A stretch of DNA of 63,789 bases, the filler included, from Trichosphaerium sp. ATCC 40318 (taxonomy: Eukaryota; Protista; Tubulinea): the NCBI GenBank assembly GCA_038496445.1. It is 4 parts of 4 records of this genome, joined end to end, with 100 filler letters (N's around TTAATTAATTAA, not from the genome) between each part and the next. Parts side by side here need not be neighbours in the genome. Positions count along the whole stretch, not along the records: positions 1 to 17,136 come from JALMLS010000639.1; 3 more parts are not named here. The stretch is one strand, 5' to 3'. This document shows, in pieces, positions 1 to 12,791 of the stretch. Every line of letters starts with the position of its first letter. Within the stretch, counting starts at the first letter, position 1. The position numbers and the translations under genes were made by a program. The notes below the pieces were generated by a model. The model was not told the origin of the DNA. It searched no databases and saw nothing but the letters and a program-made list of their open reading frames with translations.

Positions 1-488
1 GATGAACTGCTTGCTAAGAAAATAGAACACAATATAATTTTCAGTGTTAGCCAATCAAAAAGAAGCTTAGCTGACTTAAACGAAATTATTGAAGTCGTTG
101 AGCACATACCACCATCAGAAGCTTGGCAAGTCATTTATTGTGATACCTTTAATGTCGATAGGGTACCTGCCATACCTTTTTTCTGGAAAGCTTTAAAGTA
201 CGATTCAGCAAGTCACCTGATTAATAACCAACTTGTTAGAGCTGGGATGCTGAACGGTCAACTAGATTTAGATACAGTACCACACAAAAAGTTTGAAGAC
301 TGTATTAGGGGCACGCCATCCAAGGGACATCACAAGAGTAGCAACATTGTCTTGCAACCATTATCATTTGTACCAACAGAATTGATTGGCTGGAAAGCCA
401 AATGGTCACAAAAGAGACACAGCTACGAATTTGACTGGTACATTCCTCCTTTGTTTATTCTAATTATTCAGTAGGGATTGTGGTTTAA
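1..488 (+). CDS. 3' part of Skp1/BTB-like protein gene (duplicated copy of 14226-14714)
   Basis: Same peptide as the end of ORF 14226-15074; cut by the contig start. Confidence 0.7.
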
Positions 489-700
489 CAACATGAAAAC
501 AAAACGAGACAGAATATTTCCAGCTGAGCAGTTGGCGTCAAGTTTCATATACCCTCCACCTTACCGCACAAGATGGCTATGTCTAATGAGCCAAAGCAAG
601 ACAATGTGTTATAGTCTCATAAAAGGAATACACCTTCAACGCTTTGTTGATACATATCCATTGCTTGTTTGTAAATTTTGTGCAAAGGAGAAAACACTTT

Positions 701-1928
701 TTAATGATTAACATATGGCACTGTCTTTACAATTACAGACCTACAAAAAGGGCAAGTCTTAAGCTTTCGTGTACATGAAGTACACATAGAATGTCCACAT
801 GGATCTATTACCTTCTGCTTAGGACTAGACATACATATGGAACAATTGTTAAATCTCTTCGCTCCCTCTCTTGACGAGCAAGTTTGGCTTCTAAAGTTTT
901 CGTGAGTGCTTCCATCTTTTTATATCTAGCCACAAGAACGTCTCTCCTTGGAGGCTTTGAAGGTAAAGGTGACACAACTAAAGGCGTGCTCTCTCTGTTG
1001 TTAGTGCTAGCGAGCTGTGCCAAAAGCTTTTCCCGTAATCGTTGTTCCAAAGAAATACTAGCAGACTTTTCTAATGGTTGCGTGGACATCTTCAGTTTAT
1101 CTTCACATAGCACCTTCTCGCATTTCTTCTCGTGTACTTCTGAAAATGCACTCGATCCTGTATCGTGTCGTACTGGTTTATGGTCTCGTATTGGTGATGG
1201 TGGCATACAAGATGTCTTAGCTGGCGAGGAGTATTTTTTAGGTGGAGAGCATGTTTTAGCTGGAGAGGAGCATGTCTTAGGTGGCGAGGAGCATTTCTTA
1301 GCGTTAGGCAAAGGTTTAGATGCTTCAACTTTCATGAGCTCGTCGCAAAGTTTATCCAAAGCATCTGAAACCCAAAACTCATTTCCTCTGTTATCACGCG
1401 CGTACCATTGTGTAAAATCGCTATTTATCGAAACGTGCTCCATGTATCGCGACTTAATAAACTTCTGAAAGATGTCAGGAAGACCTTTAGATTGCATGGT
1501 GTAGTTGTTCATGAATTGGATGAAATACAAATCTTTAGTGAATACCATCGTTTGTACGTCACCGAGCTTCTTTCTATTAGTTACCAGGCGTCTATGAAGC
1601 TCTGGAGGTACACCTCCCCATGCGTATTCGCCGATTTGTAGAACTGCGAAGAACGATGGACCAGGGCCAAGGAAAACCTTTGTTATTATGCCTTTTAGTA
1701 TCAATTGCTTCAGGGAGGGTTCTCAACGTGAAAATTTACTTCGTCTTTGTATTTAAAGAAATACTGGTCTCTGTCGCCCAGATCGTAATGTATGACACGC
1801 TTAGTGTCTGTTTGGAGAGTAGGAATTAAATTTGGCGGGCAATCATTGTAATTGGTGTATTTATCGCTCAAAGCAACGTATTGAGAATTTTTATCGACGC
1901 CAAGAGCGACTGCCTGAAATTGTGCCAT
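701..1928 (-). CDS. RING-HC (C3HC4) protein, left-arm copy with apparent sequencing frameshifts
   Basis: Reverse complement of 12792-14022, split by single-base indels. Confidence 0.8.
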
Positions 1929-2316
1929 GCTAATTTGTGTACATAAGTTTTACTTCTTTTTACCGCGTTTTTTCACCACGTACTAATACGTGATAGTGGT
2001 AGTTCCTACTTGGGCGTAGGTTGACGTCGCTAGACATCCTTAAACGTTGTTGTATCATTTCCAGGACGACGACGTGGGTTCGCTATTGAAGCACTCAAGC
2101 TTGAGTGCTTTCAAGGTTCTTACTCGGTAAGAGGTCACGTGTCACAATCACGGTAAGGTTATTTATACAACAGTTAAGTTTATGAGTTTGCAAGGTAATT
2201 TGCGCTGGTGGTACAACTCCCACAAGTTGGGGCGATAAGTATTACGTGTCATTAACGAGTTTATTTCTGCACAGTACAAAGTTGACCCTTGCATCCGAAA
2301 GGCAAGATGTTGATTA

Positions 2317-5300
2317 GAGCCAGATTATGTATGCATTCCACTTTCAAAACAAAATTATTTGCACTCTCGAAAAATACTGAACTGATACAATATTCTACTA
2401 TACTGTAGAATCACATACTGTGTACGTTTCCTATCGATGGTTTTGAAGCAGTTATCTTTGATGTGCTTCATGATGACAACGAAAAATATTATATATAAAT
2501 AGATAACATAATCCATGGCACTTTCAAAACAAAATTATTTGCACTCTTGAAAAACCCTGAACTGATGCCATCTTTTATAATACAGTATAATCGCATAGTG
2601 TGTGTCTGTGGTATTAACGATTTCAAATTGATTAAGTTAGATGTGCTTCATGATGATAGCGAAAATATTTTATTTAGTTAGATAGTATAATCCATGTCAC
2701 TTTCAAATACACTCTTGAAAAATGCTGAACAGGTACAAAATCCTAGAGTGTCGTAGATTCATATACTGTGTATATGTTTCATTAACGGTTTTGAAATATT
2801 TAACTTAGATGTGCTTTGTGATGATAGCGAAAAATATTTTATTTAGTTAGATAGTATAATCCATGTCATTGTTATTGTCATGGCCAATACTTTCATTATC
2901 AACACTCCAGGTACGTGTGGTTAGTCTTCTTTCAGCTCTAGGTAATAGTCTTCTAGCATCATTTGTTGTACCCAATATGTTGTATCTGTATTTTCTATGT
3001 TAGTGGTTTCAATTTCAATTGCTTGCTCAGTGTAGTCTAGCAATACACCATTTCGTTGTCCTACAGTAATTGGTAGAACTGTACATTGAACTCCCATACA
3101 TCCTCTGCAATTGTGATTACAAAGGCCTTGTATGCATTTAAGCTCTGTGTGTTTGCAGTCTTTTTTTTGTTGTTGAAGAGATTGATATTCAAAATCAAAT
3201 CCATTTTCCATAAATTTTTCAACTGCTTTTAAGTTTTCATATTCGTCAAAGTCTTTTTTTTGTACCTCAAATATGTAAGTGTTGTTAAGGTATTCACATG
3301 CATATGCCATATGTGCTATGGTTTCCAACACATAAAAACTTCTAGTATACAATGATTGCTTGTTTTTTATACTTCCTGCAGCTCCATCAGCACGATTATG
3401 AGCTCTATATGGTGCTAAACATTTCCATCAAAATTTCTTTGAGGTTTTGATACCCAAAGTACCAATAAATGCTTGGGTGGCATAAGATTTAAAGTGTTTT
3501 CCGCAACCATCACTCCATAGTATTACTTCATCAAAGTTTTGTAGTACTCCATGAGCTGTCAGTAAGTTCATGACATACTGAACATAATCAGTAGTTTGAC
3601 TAACAGCATTTTCTTTAGATCTAACAGACATGAAGTGCAAGTATTGAACATATGGTTTGAACTCTGTGGTGTTTTCATTACTTGCTTGAGGTGTTAATGT
3701 GCGAATGCTTTTAAGCTTGTGAAGTGTAGTTGTGTGTGTAGCTGTTTGTTGCATTGAAAAAGCTGATGTTTTTTGTTTCTTTTTTTTGGGTTGTGTAGGT
3801 TTTTCTGGTCTGAATGAGTCTTTTGATTCAGGTTTCGCTGGGTCCACAATAAGCTCCAATAAACTATCTGGCAAAGTTATCTTTGTTGATGTAGCCAACA
3901 CTATCACAAAATCCACTATGTTTACACCCATTCGGGGTTGGGTGGACATGAAATCTAGTGTTAATACTGCCAATAATTTGTTCAATTGAAGTTTGTCATG
4001 ATCAGCTCTATATTCTTTAAGTCTATTTTGAGCAAAGGTTTCATGACATTGTAGTTTTGCAATTTCCTCAGTAAGTTGTTGTATTTTTTGTTCATTTGTT
4101 GTATCTGCCTGCAAAAGTTCTTCCAAAGCTTTTCTTTGAGCCTTTAGTTTGATAGCAATCTTTGACTCAAATTTATCTCCCGGCTTTAAAGATATCTTTT
4201 CATGTGAAGCTAATTGATGAAACAAAGTGTAACACACACACAAGTTGTTTTGCTGTTTACACCATTGTGAGTAATCAGCATACATACTGTATGGTGTGCC
4301 TCTATAGCATCGATTATTAGAACCTGACTCTGGTCCACAATGTGTTTCAAACCAATTCATCAATGATTTTTTCACATCTTTAATTTTTTCTCTTGTGAAG
4401 CCAAGCTTTCTTAAAAAATAATCCAGTAATGGAGGCTGTTTTCGTAGAGCTTTATAGACAGCATTGACACCAATGTTAAGAATAGAAGCAATGGTGGTAG
4501 CAGGGACTCCTTTAAACAGTGTATGTAATAGGCTGGTTCGAATTTGTGAATTGGCAGGAACAGATTGGTAAAACTGTTGTATATTTGCTATCAATGTGGC
4601 ATATATATCTTCTTTGACATTTGTTTCACTTCCAAAGAGTATTTGCCATTCTGCAATAATTGCAGGATCAACTTGAGAAAAAACACTCATCAGCGGCAGC
4701 TTCAAGGCTATTATTTAATTGAGCAGCTTTTCTATATTTGGTTAATGGAAGCCAAATACAGTGTGTACCTTTTCTTTGTAGTGTCAACACATGATTGTAT
4801 AGGTTTGTCTGGGCGTCCAACTCTTTTTGAGTTCTAAATCCGTAAATTTTTGCACGAAAATACAAGGGAAAAAAATCCACATAAATGTCTAGGGCCAAGA
4901 CGGTCCAAACAGCGAATGGGTAGAAATAATAGTATACAAGCTATATAAGTATTTTGGAGAATATCGATGGCATTGTCTGGCATTATACCTTTTTACTGTT
5001 GTTTTTTTCTGAATAGCATTTTGTGTGCACCCACACGCCTTCTGCGCGTAAGGAACCGTCTCTGTTATGTTTGTTCTTCTTTTTAAGGAGTTTTCCAGTT
5101 TTTGGGTCAATAAATGTTCTAGAACGTGTATAAGTCCGTTTACCACATATGTGGCACTTATCACGCGTTCTCCGAGGCTTAGACATTGTGAAGTGGTCTT
5201 TGAGGCCCAAACATTGCTACTTTCCTGTTTAGGCAATAACAAATTCGGAATTTACAAAATAGTTTATTTCACGCTTACAGCATAATTTTTTGCTTTCATG

Positions 5301-5371
5301 CTTCACAAGCTTGTTTAAAAGTACATTTAAAAGCTTATAAGCCTATGTGGACTGCTTACATAATCTGGCTC
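2317..5371 (-). mobile_element. Sola2-like DNA transposon, left-arm copy
   Basis: TIRs at 2317-2341 and 5347-5371. Same transposase ORF, including the TGA at 3428-3430. Confidence 0.8.
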
Positions 5372-5659
5372 TATTTCTCAGCATCACCTTTCATCTATGT
5401 ATCTTGCTACCAGTTACGTCAGTGACTATAGCCACCATTTCGCTTGTACTTCCCACCATAGGATTGTCACCACCCTCTTGTGAGCGTTTGTACTCCTCTA
5501 AATTCTTCCTCAAGCTCCTTCAACTGCAACATTGTGCGTAGAATCAAGTATAGTAGTGTACAAATGATTACAAGCATGTACTTGCACGAGAAAAAGATTC
5601 ACCGCAGCAACAAAAATTGGCACATTCAAAAATCACTCAAGCACCCTTTAATGTACAGT

Positions 5660-6880
5660 TTAGACCTTCATCATATGTTTTGCAGTTATTGGAGTTGCTT
5701 CAAGTTTTGGATAATATTCGTATATTTTTACAGCTTATTTAATCTTAATACCTACTTTATCAGGTTCTTCATTAACATCCTCAGGAACATCTTCAACCTC
5801 AAACCAAGCATTATCTGCAGCTTTTTTCTTTGCGTTTTTATCAGCATAAGCAGAATTTTTTTCTCTAGCAGCAAGTTTCTGATCAGCAATCTGCTTGCCA
5901 TACTTTGATATTTGATAATCATAATATTCCATTAATTTTTCAGGGTTACGCCTTTGTTTCTTTCTTTGTTCTAACTTCTCAATCCTAAAACGCAAAAAAG
6001 TAAACTCTCAAGTGCTATATTCACATTCTCTCTTTCCATTATCAAGAGATGAAAGTCGTGTGAGGGAGTCAAATACGTACGCTCGAACATTAATTGTATC
6101 GCCCCAAAAGGATTTCCTTGCTGTTTTATACATTTCCTTGGAGTGAGATTTTGTTACTATTTTGCGCTCCAAAACACCCTAACATGAAATTAAGGAAAAC
6201 CCAATGCAAAGATCATCTATTTCATTTTCGTTTTCATCAAACTGGCAATACATACCTCACGTGTACATACATCTAGTAAAACATGTCCACCAGCCTTTAT
6301 AGGTTGTCGTATAAGACGACAAAATGCTGATCTGTACACAAAAAAAATCAGAACAAAATAGTTCAACTAACATGCTGCGCACGTACCTTTTTGTATTGGT
6401 GAAGGATCACTTAGTTTTCCTTTGGAAATAATCACATACGAAAACTTTTCGTTTTGAGGTGCTTTTTTCTGTCTATTGTTCCTAAACGACTCTACTGTCG
6501 CCTTCTGTATGAAATGACACCAATCTTTTTTCGCTTGCGGACAACTCAATTGATGAGGGCACTAATTGAACAAACACATAAGTCAACACAACAATAAAAC
6601 AATTTCGGTCTTACAGGTGAAATTACGTGTGGATTATCTTTCTCATGCTGACCATATGTATCTAACACTGTAGTTCGAGCGTTTCTAATATGTGCAAAAC
6701 CTACAGGAGTACCAAAATCGACAAGTACCTAAGTTAACACAATAAGTAAAGAAAAAGTCTCAGGTTTGATGGAAACGCACCAATACTCCACCCTGCGGAA
6801 CTCGATACCATAGTTCCTTCACTACAGATCGTCTATCTGCATCTGTACTGAGTTCAGTCAAAAGAAAGGAACCCACAACC
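5660..6880 (-). pseudogene. 3' half of RSM22/METTL17 duplicated in the left arm (lacks 5' exons)
   Basis: Mirror of ~7840-9059; the duplication junction lies in an intron. Confidence 0.75.
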
Positions 6881-6939
6881 TAAATACAAGAGAATGAGTG
6901 ACTTTTGTTTATCCTATTCATTCGCATTTATTTTTTTTT

Positions 6940-9059
6940 CGTCACCAAAAAGAAAGTTTTACCATTCTAACCGTCGGGCACTCTGTATCGCTGATGACAG
7001 GTTTTTTTTTTCAATGACACGTACTCTTTTTTTTTTGTTGTATTTTTTGAACGTATATCCTACGCCAACAAGCTCCTTACTCATCAGCGAATCAGGTGAG
7101 TCGATGTTTTTTCCATAAGTGTATTTTTTTTGCTTTTTTTTTTATTCAAATCTCTACATTTTTGGCGCTTACGTTGTTCAAAAGCACCGTCGTGAAGTGA
7201 TAAAAGCAGTTGCCAACTCAAGAGAATTAAGAGAAGCAAAAGCTGAAGAACAGGAGCTCTTGGATATGGAGAGAGCGTTTAAAAAACGGAACAGCCCTGA
7301 GTACTCCAAAGCAGCAGACAAATTAAAGTTGCGTATTCCACCTATCACTTACAGAAAGAATGAATCAATGGCTTTTCTAGCAGTGCGCTCAAACAGTGTC
7401 TACACAAGCACACATCGTGTTATGCATGAGGTATTCCTGAAAGTAGCTTTATATCGTTGCAAGCTTGTTTTTAACCCATTTGTGCTAGCTGCGTAACAAA
7501 TACCCTAAATTTCAACCTGAATCTGTACTCGATTGTGGCTCTGGTACTGGTGTTGGTACATGGGCAATACGAGAGCTTTACCCAAGGCTTCAAAAGGTTC
7601 CAAATTGTTGTTTAATTTTGAAATTATTTAATGTCACTAAAACTGTTCAAGTATGTTTTAATTGAGCCATCTGATGACATGAATGAACTTTCAGAAAAAA
7701 TCCTGGATGGGTTTAATAATGTTGAGCGTAGTAGATATATACACGAAGGCCGTGAAGTTAAACACGAGTTGGTAACATAAATTTTGAACTAACAGTGCAA
7801 TGGAGTAAAACAAAAGTCACTCATTCTCTTGTATTTAGGTTGTGGGTTCCTTTCTTTTGACTGAACTCAGTACAGATGCAGATAGACGATCTGTAGTGAA
7901 GGAACTATGGTATCGAGTTCCGCAGGGTGGAGTATTGGTGCGTTTCCATCAAACCTGAGACTTTTTCTTTACTTATTGTGTTAACTTAGGTACTTGTCGA
8001 TTTTGGTACTCCTGTAGGTTTTGCACATATTAGAAACGCTCGAACTACAGTGTTAGATACATATGGTCAGCATGAGAAAGATAATCCACACGTAATTTCA
8101 CCTGTAAGACCGAAATTGTTTTATTGTTGTGTTGACTTATGTGTTTGTTCAATTAGTGCCCTCATCAATTGAGTTGTCCGCAAGCGAAAAAAGATTGGTG
8201 TCATTTCATACAGAAGGCGACAGTAGAGTCGTTTAGGAACAATAGACAGAAAAAAGCACCTCAAAACGAAAAGTTTTCGTATGTGATTATTTCCAAAGGA
8301 AAACTAAGTGATCCTTCACCAATACAAAAAGGTACGTGCGCAGCATGTTAGTTGAACTATTTTGTTCTGATTTTTTTTGTGTACAGATCAGCATTTTGGT
8401 CGTCTTATACGACAACCTATAAAGGCTGGTGGACATGTTTTACTAGATGTATGTACACGTGAGGTATGTATTGCCAGTTTGATGAAAACGAAAATGAAAT
8501 AGATGATCTTTGCATTGGGTTTTCCTTAATTTCATGTTAGGGTGTTTTGGAGCGCAAAATAGTAACAAAATCTCACTCCAAGGAAATGTATAAAACAGCA
8601 AGGAAATCCTTTTGGGGCGATACAATTAATGTTCGAGCGTACGTATTTGACTCCCTCACACGACTTTCATCTCTTGATAATGGAAAGAGAGAATGTGAAT
8701 ATAGCACTTGAGAGTTTACTTTTTTGCGTTTTAGGATTGAGAAGTTAGAACAAAGAAAGAAACAAAGGCGTAACCCTGAAAAATTAATGGAATATTATGA
8801 TTATCAAATATCAAAGTATGGCAAGCAGATTGCTGATCAGAAACTTGCTGCTAGAGAAAAAAATTCTGCTTATGCTGATAAAAACGCAAAGAAAAAAGCT
8901 GCAGATAATGCTTGGTTTGAGGTTGAAGATGTTCCTGAGGATGTTAATGAAGAACCTGATAAAGTAGGTATTAAGATTAAATAAGCTGTAAAAATATACG
9001 AATATTATCCAAAACTTGAAGCAACTCCAATAACTGCAAAACATATGATGAAGGTCTAA
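6940..9059 (+). CDS. RSM22: Mitochondrial small-subunit assembly methyltransferase-like protein Rsm22/METTL17 (multi-exon; start codon not identified)
   Basis: Spliced peptide includes FQPESVLDCGSGTGVGTWA (SAM motif I), LIEPSDDM, VDFGTPVGF, CPHQLSCP..WCHF and NEKFSYV, RLIRQPIKAGGHVLLDVC, YKTARKSFWGD, all typical of the family including the Fe-S cysteines. Confidence 0.88.
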
Positions 9060-9532
9060 ACTGTACATTAAAGGGTGCTTGAGTGATTTTTGAATGTGCC
9101 AATTTTTGTTGCTGCGGTGAATCTTTTTCTCGTGCAAGTACATGCTTGTAATCATTTGTACACTACTATACTTGATTCTACGCACAATGTTGCAGTTGAA
9201 GGAGCTTGAGGAAGAATTTAGAGGAGTACAAACGCTCACAAGAGGGTGGTGACAATCCTATGGTGGGAAGTACAAGCGAAATGGTGGCTATAGTCACTGA
9301 CGTAACTGGTAGCAAGATACATAGATGAAAGGTGATGCTGAGAAATAGAGCCAGATTATGTAAGCAGTCCACATAGGCTTATAAGCTTTTAAATGTACTT
9401 TTAAACAAGCTTGTGAAGCATGAAAGCAAAAAATTATGCTGTAAGCGTGAAATAAACTATTTTGTAAATTCCGAATTTGTTATTGCCTAAACAGGAAAGT
9501 AGCAATGTTTGGGCCTCAAAGACCACTTCACA

Positions 9533-11872
9533 ATGTCTAAGCCTCGGAGAACGCGTGATAAGTGCCACATATGTGGTAAACGGACTTATACACGTTCTAG
9601 AACATTTATTGACCCAAAAACTGGAAAACTCCTTAAAAAGAAGAACAAACATAACAGAGACGGTTCCTTACGCGCAGAAGGCGTGTGGGTGCACACAAAA
9701 TGCTATTCAGAAAAAAACAACAGTAAAAAGGTATAATGCCAGACAATGCCATCGATATTCTCCAAAATACTTATATAGCTTGTATACTATTATTTCTACC
9801 CATTCGCTGTTTGGACCGTCTTGGCCCTAGACATTTATGTGGATTTTTTTCCCTTGTATTTTCGTGCAAAAATTTACGGATTTAGAACTCAAAAAGAGTT
9901 GGACGCCCAGACAAACCTATACAATCATGTGTTGACACTACAAAGAAAAGGTACACACTGTATTTGGCTTCCATTAACCAAATATAGAAAAGCTGCTCAA
10001 TTAAATAATAGCCTTGAAGCTGCCGCTGATGAGTGTTTTTCTCAAGTTGATCCTGCAATTATTGCAGAATGGCAAATACTCTTTGGAAGTGAAACAAATG
10101 TCAAAGAAGATATATATGCCACATTGATAGCAAATATACAACAGTTTTACCAATCTGTTCCTGCCAATTCACAAATTCGAACCAGCCTATTACATACACT
10201 GTTTAAAGGAGTCCCTGCTACCACCATTGCTTCTATTCTTAACATTGGTGTCAATGCTGTCTATAAAGCTCTACGAAAACAGCCTCCATTACTGGATTAT
10301 TTTTTAAGAAAGCTTGGCTTCACAAGAGAAAAAATTAAAGATGTGAAAAAATCATTGATGAATTGGTTTGAAACACATTGTGGACCAGAGTCAGGTTCTA
10401 ATAATCGATGCTATAGAGGCACACCATACAGTATGTATGCTGATTACTCACAATGGTGTAAACAGCAAAACAACTTGTGTGTGTGTTACACTTTGTTTCA
10501 TCAATTAGCTTCACATGAAAAGATATCTTTAAAGCCGGGAGATAAATTTGAGTCAAAGATTGCTATCAAACTAAAGGCTCAAAGAAAAGCTTTGGAAGAA
10601 CTTTTGCAGGCAGATACAACAAATGAACAAAAAATACAACAACTTACTGAGGAAATTGCAAAACTACAATGTCATGAAACCTTTGCTCAAAATAGACTTA
10701 AAGAATATAGAGCTGATCATGACAAACTTCAATTGAACAAATTATTGGCAGTATTAACACTAGATTTCATGTCCACCCAACCCCGAATGGGTGTAAACAT
10801 AGTGGATTTTGTGATAGTGTTGGCTACATCAACAAAGATAACTTTGCCAGATAGTTTATTGGAGCTTATTGTGGACCCAGCGAAACCTGAATCAAAAGAC
10901 TCATTCAGACCAGAAAAACCTACACAACCCAAAAAAAAGAAACAAAAAACATCAGCTTTTTCAATGCAACAAACAGCTACACACACAACTACACTTCACA
11001 AGCTTAAAAGCATTCGCACATTAACACCTCAAGCAAGTAATGAAAACACCACAGAGTTCAAACCATATGTTCAATACTTGCACTTCATGTCTGTTAGATC
11101 TAAAGAAAATGCTGTTAGTCAAACTACTGATTATGTTCAGTATGTCATGAACTTACTGACAGCTCATGGAGTACTACAAAACTTTGATGAAGTAATACTA
11201 TGGAGTGATGGTTGCGGAAAACACTTTAAATCTTATGCCACCCAAGCATTTATTGGTACTTTGGGTATCAAAACCTCAAAGAAATTTTGATGGAAATGTT
11301 TAGCACCATATAGAGCTCATAATCGTGCTGATGGAGCTGCAGGAAGTATAAAAAACAAGCAATCATTGTATACTAGAAGTTTTTATGTGTTGGAAACCAT
11401 AGCACATATGGCATATGCATGTGAATACCTTAACAACACTTACATATTTGAGGTACAAAAAAAAGACTTTGACGAATATGAAAACTTAAAAGCAGTTGAA
11501 AAATTTATGGAAAATGGATTTGATTTTGAATATCAATCTCTTCAACAACAAAAAAAAGACTGCAAACACACAGAGCTTAAATGCATACAAGGCCTTTGTA
11601 ATCACAATTGCAGAGGATGTATGGGAGTTCAATGTACAGTTCTACCAATTACTGTAGGACAACGAAATGGTGTATTGCTAGACTACACTGAGCAAGCAAT
11701 TGAAATTGAAACCACTAACATAGAAAATACAGATACAACATATTGGGGTACAACAAATGATGCTAGAAGACTATTACCTAGAGCTGAAAGAAGACTAACC
11801 ACACGTACCTGGAGTGTTGATAATGAAAGTATTGGCCATGACAATAACAATGACATGGATTATACTATCTAA
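9533..11872 (+). pseudogene. Sola-like DDD transposase interrupted by an in-frame TGA (11288-11290); possible short CxxC..HxxC first exon at 9533-9730
   Basis: Motifs LTLDF, ILWSDGCGKHFKS and W..LAPYRAHNRADGAAGSIK resemble Sola2 DF / SDG..Q(Y/F)K / HGKG.CDG.GG..K. ORFs 9821-11290 and 11366-11872 are in the same frame. Confidence 0.75.
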
Positions 11873-12382
11873 CTAAATAAAATATTTTTCGCTATCATCA
11901 CAAAGCACATCTAAGTTAAATATTTCAAAACCGTTAATGAAACATATACACAGTATATGAATCTACGACACTCTAGGATTTTGTACCTGTTCAGCATTTT
12001 TCAAGAGTGTATTTGAAAGTGACATGGATTATACTATCTAACTAAATAAAATATTTTTCGCTATCATCATGAAGCACATCTAACTTAATCAATTTGAAAT
12101 CGTTAATACCACAGACACACACTATGCGATTATACTGTATTATAAAAGATGGCATCAGTTCAGGGTTTTTCAAGAGTGCAAATAATTTTGTTTTGAAAGT
12201 GCCATGGATTATGTTATCTATTTATATATAATATTTTTCGTTGTCATCATGAAGCACATCAAAGATAACTGCTTCAAAACCATCGATAGGAAACGTACAC
12301 AGTATGTGATTCTACAGTATAGTAGAATATTGTATCAGTTCAGTATTTTTCGAGAGTGCAAATAATTTTGTTTTGAAAGTGG
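11854..12382 (+). repeat. Three diverged tandem units (169, 180, 180 bp) inside the transposon 3' end; mirrored at ~2340-2865
   Basis: CATGGATTAT recurs at 11854, 12023 and 12203. Shared blocks include AATATTTTTCG, AAGCACATC and TTTGAAAGTG. Confidence 0.93.
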
Positions 12383-12609
12383 AATGCATACATAATCTGG
12401 CTCTAATCAACATCTTGCCTTTCGGATGCAAGGGTCAACTTTGTACTGTGCAGAAATAAACTCGTTAATGACACGTAATACTTATCGCCCCAACTTGTGG
12501 GAGTTGTACCACCAGCGCAAATTACCTTGCAAACTCATAAACTTAACTGTTGTATAAATAACCTTACCGTGATTGTGACACGTGACCTCTTACCGAGTAA
12601 GAACCTTGA

Positions 12610-12631
12610 AAGCACTCAAGCTTGAGTGCTT
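12610..12631. repeat. 22-bp perfect palindrome AAGCACTCAAGCTTGAGTGCTT (copy at 2089-2110)
   Basis: Directly visible, about 160 bp upstream of the RING gene ATG. Confidence 0.9.
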
Positions 12632-12791
12632 CAATAGCGAACCCACGTCGTCGTCCTGGAAATGATACAACAACGTTTAAGGATGTCTAGCGACGTCAAC
12701 CTACGCCCAAGTAGGAACTACCACTATCACGTATTAGTACGTGGTGAAAAAACGCGGTAAAAAGAAGTAAAACTTATGTACACAAATTAGC

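Larger units (their letters stand above)
1..6910. repeat. Left arm of 6.9-kb inverted duplication (reverse complement of 7808-14714)
   Basis: ORFs and sequence mirror the right arm (e.g. 6367-6549 vs 8169-8351 are identical). Differences seen are homopolymer or small indels. The arm starts exactly at the contig start. Confidence 0.97.
9348..12403 (+). mobile_element. Sola2-like cut-and-paste DNA transposon, ~3.06 kb
   Basis: TIR GAGCCAGATTATGTAAGCAGTCCAC (9348-9372) vs reverse complement of 12379-12403 matches 23/25. Flanked by TA/TA, or by AAT/AAT if the TIR is one base longer. Encloses a DDD transposase ORF. Confidence 0.82.

Noticed and set aside
884-1468. Antisense ORFs (884-1468, 14581-15006, 21278-21794, 30728-31054 and others)
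   Set aside because: Shadows of real genes on the opposite strand, with no motifs of their own.
520-4705. Differences between palindrome arms as diverged paralogues or programmed frameshifts
   Set aside because: They are small indels, mostly in homopolymers, that break ORFs in one arm or the other; this is typical of unpolished reads.
11288-11290. Genome-wide TGA reassignment
   Set aside because: Conserved genes use TGG for Trp and show no internal TGA, and TGA terminates the LRR receptor gene at 40225-40227.
11854-12382. CRISPR-like repeat-spacer array next to a nuclease
   Set aside because: Units are similar along their whole length, with no unique spacers and no cas genes.
9348-12403. 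Fanzor/TnpB cargo in the transposon
   Set aside because: No RuvC motifs or matching zinc-finger arrangement were recognised; the coding space is taken by the transposase.
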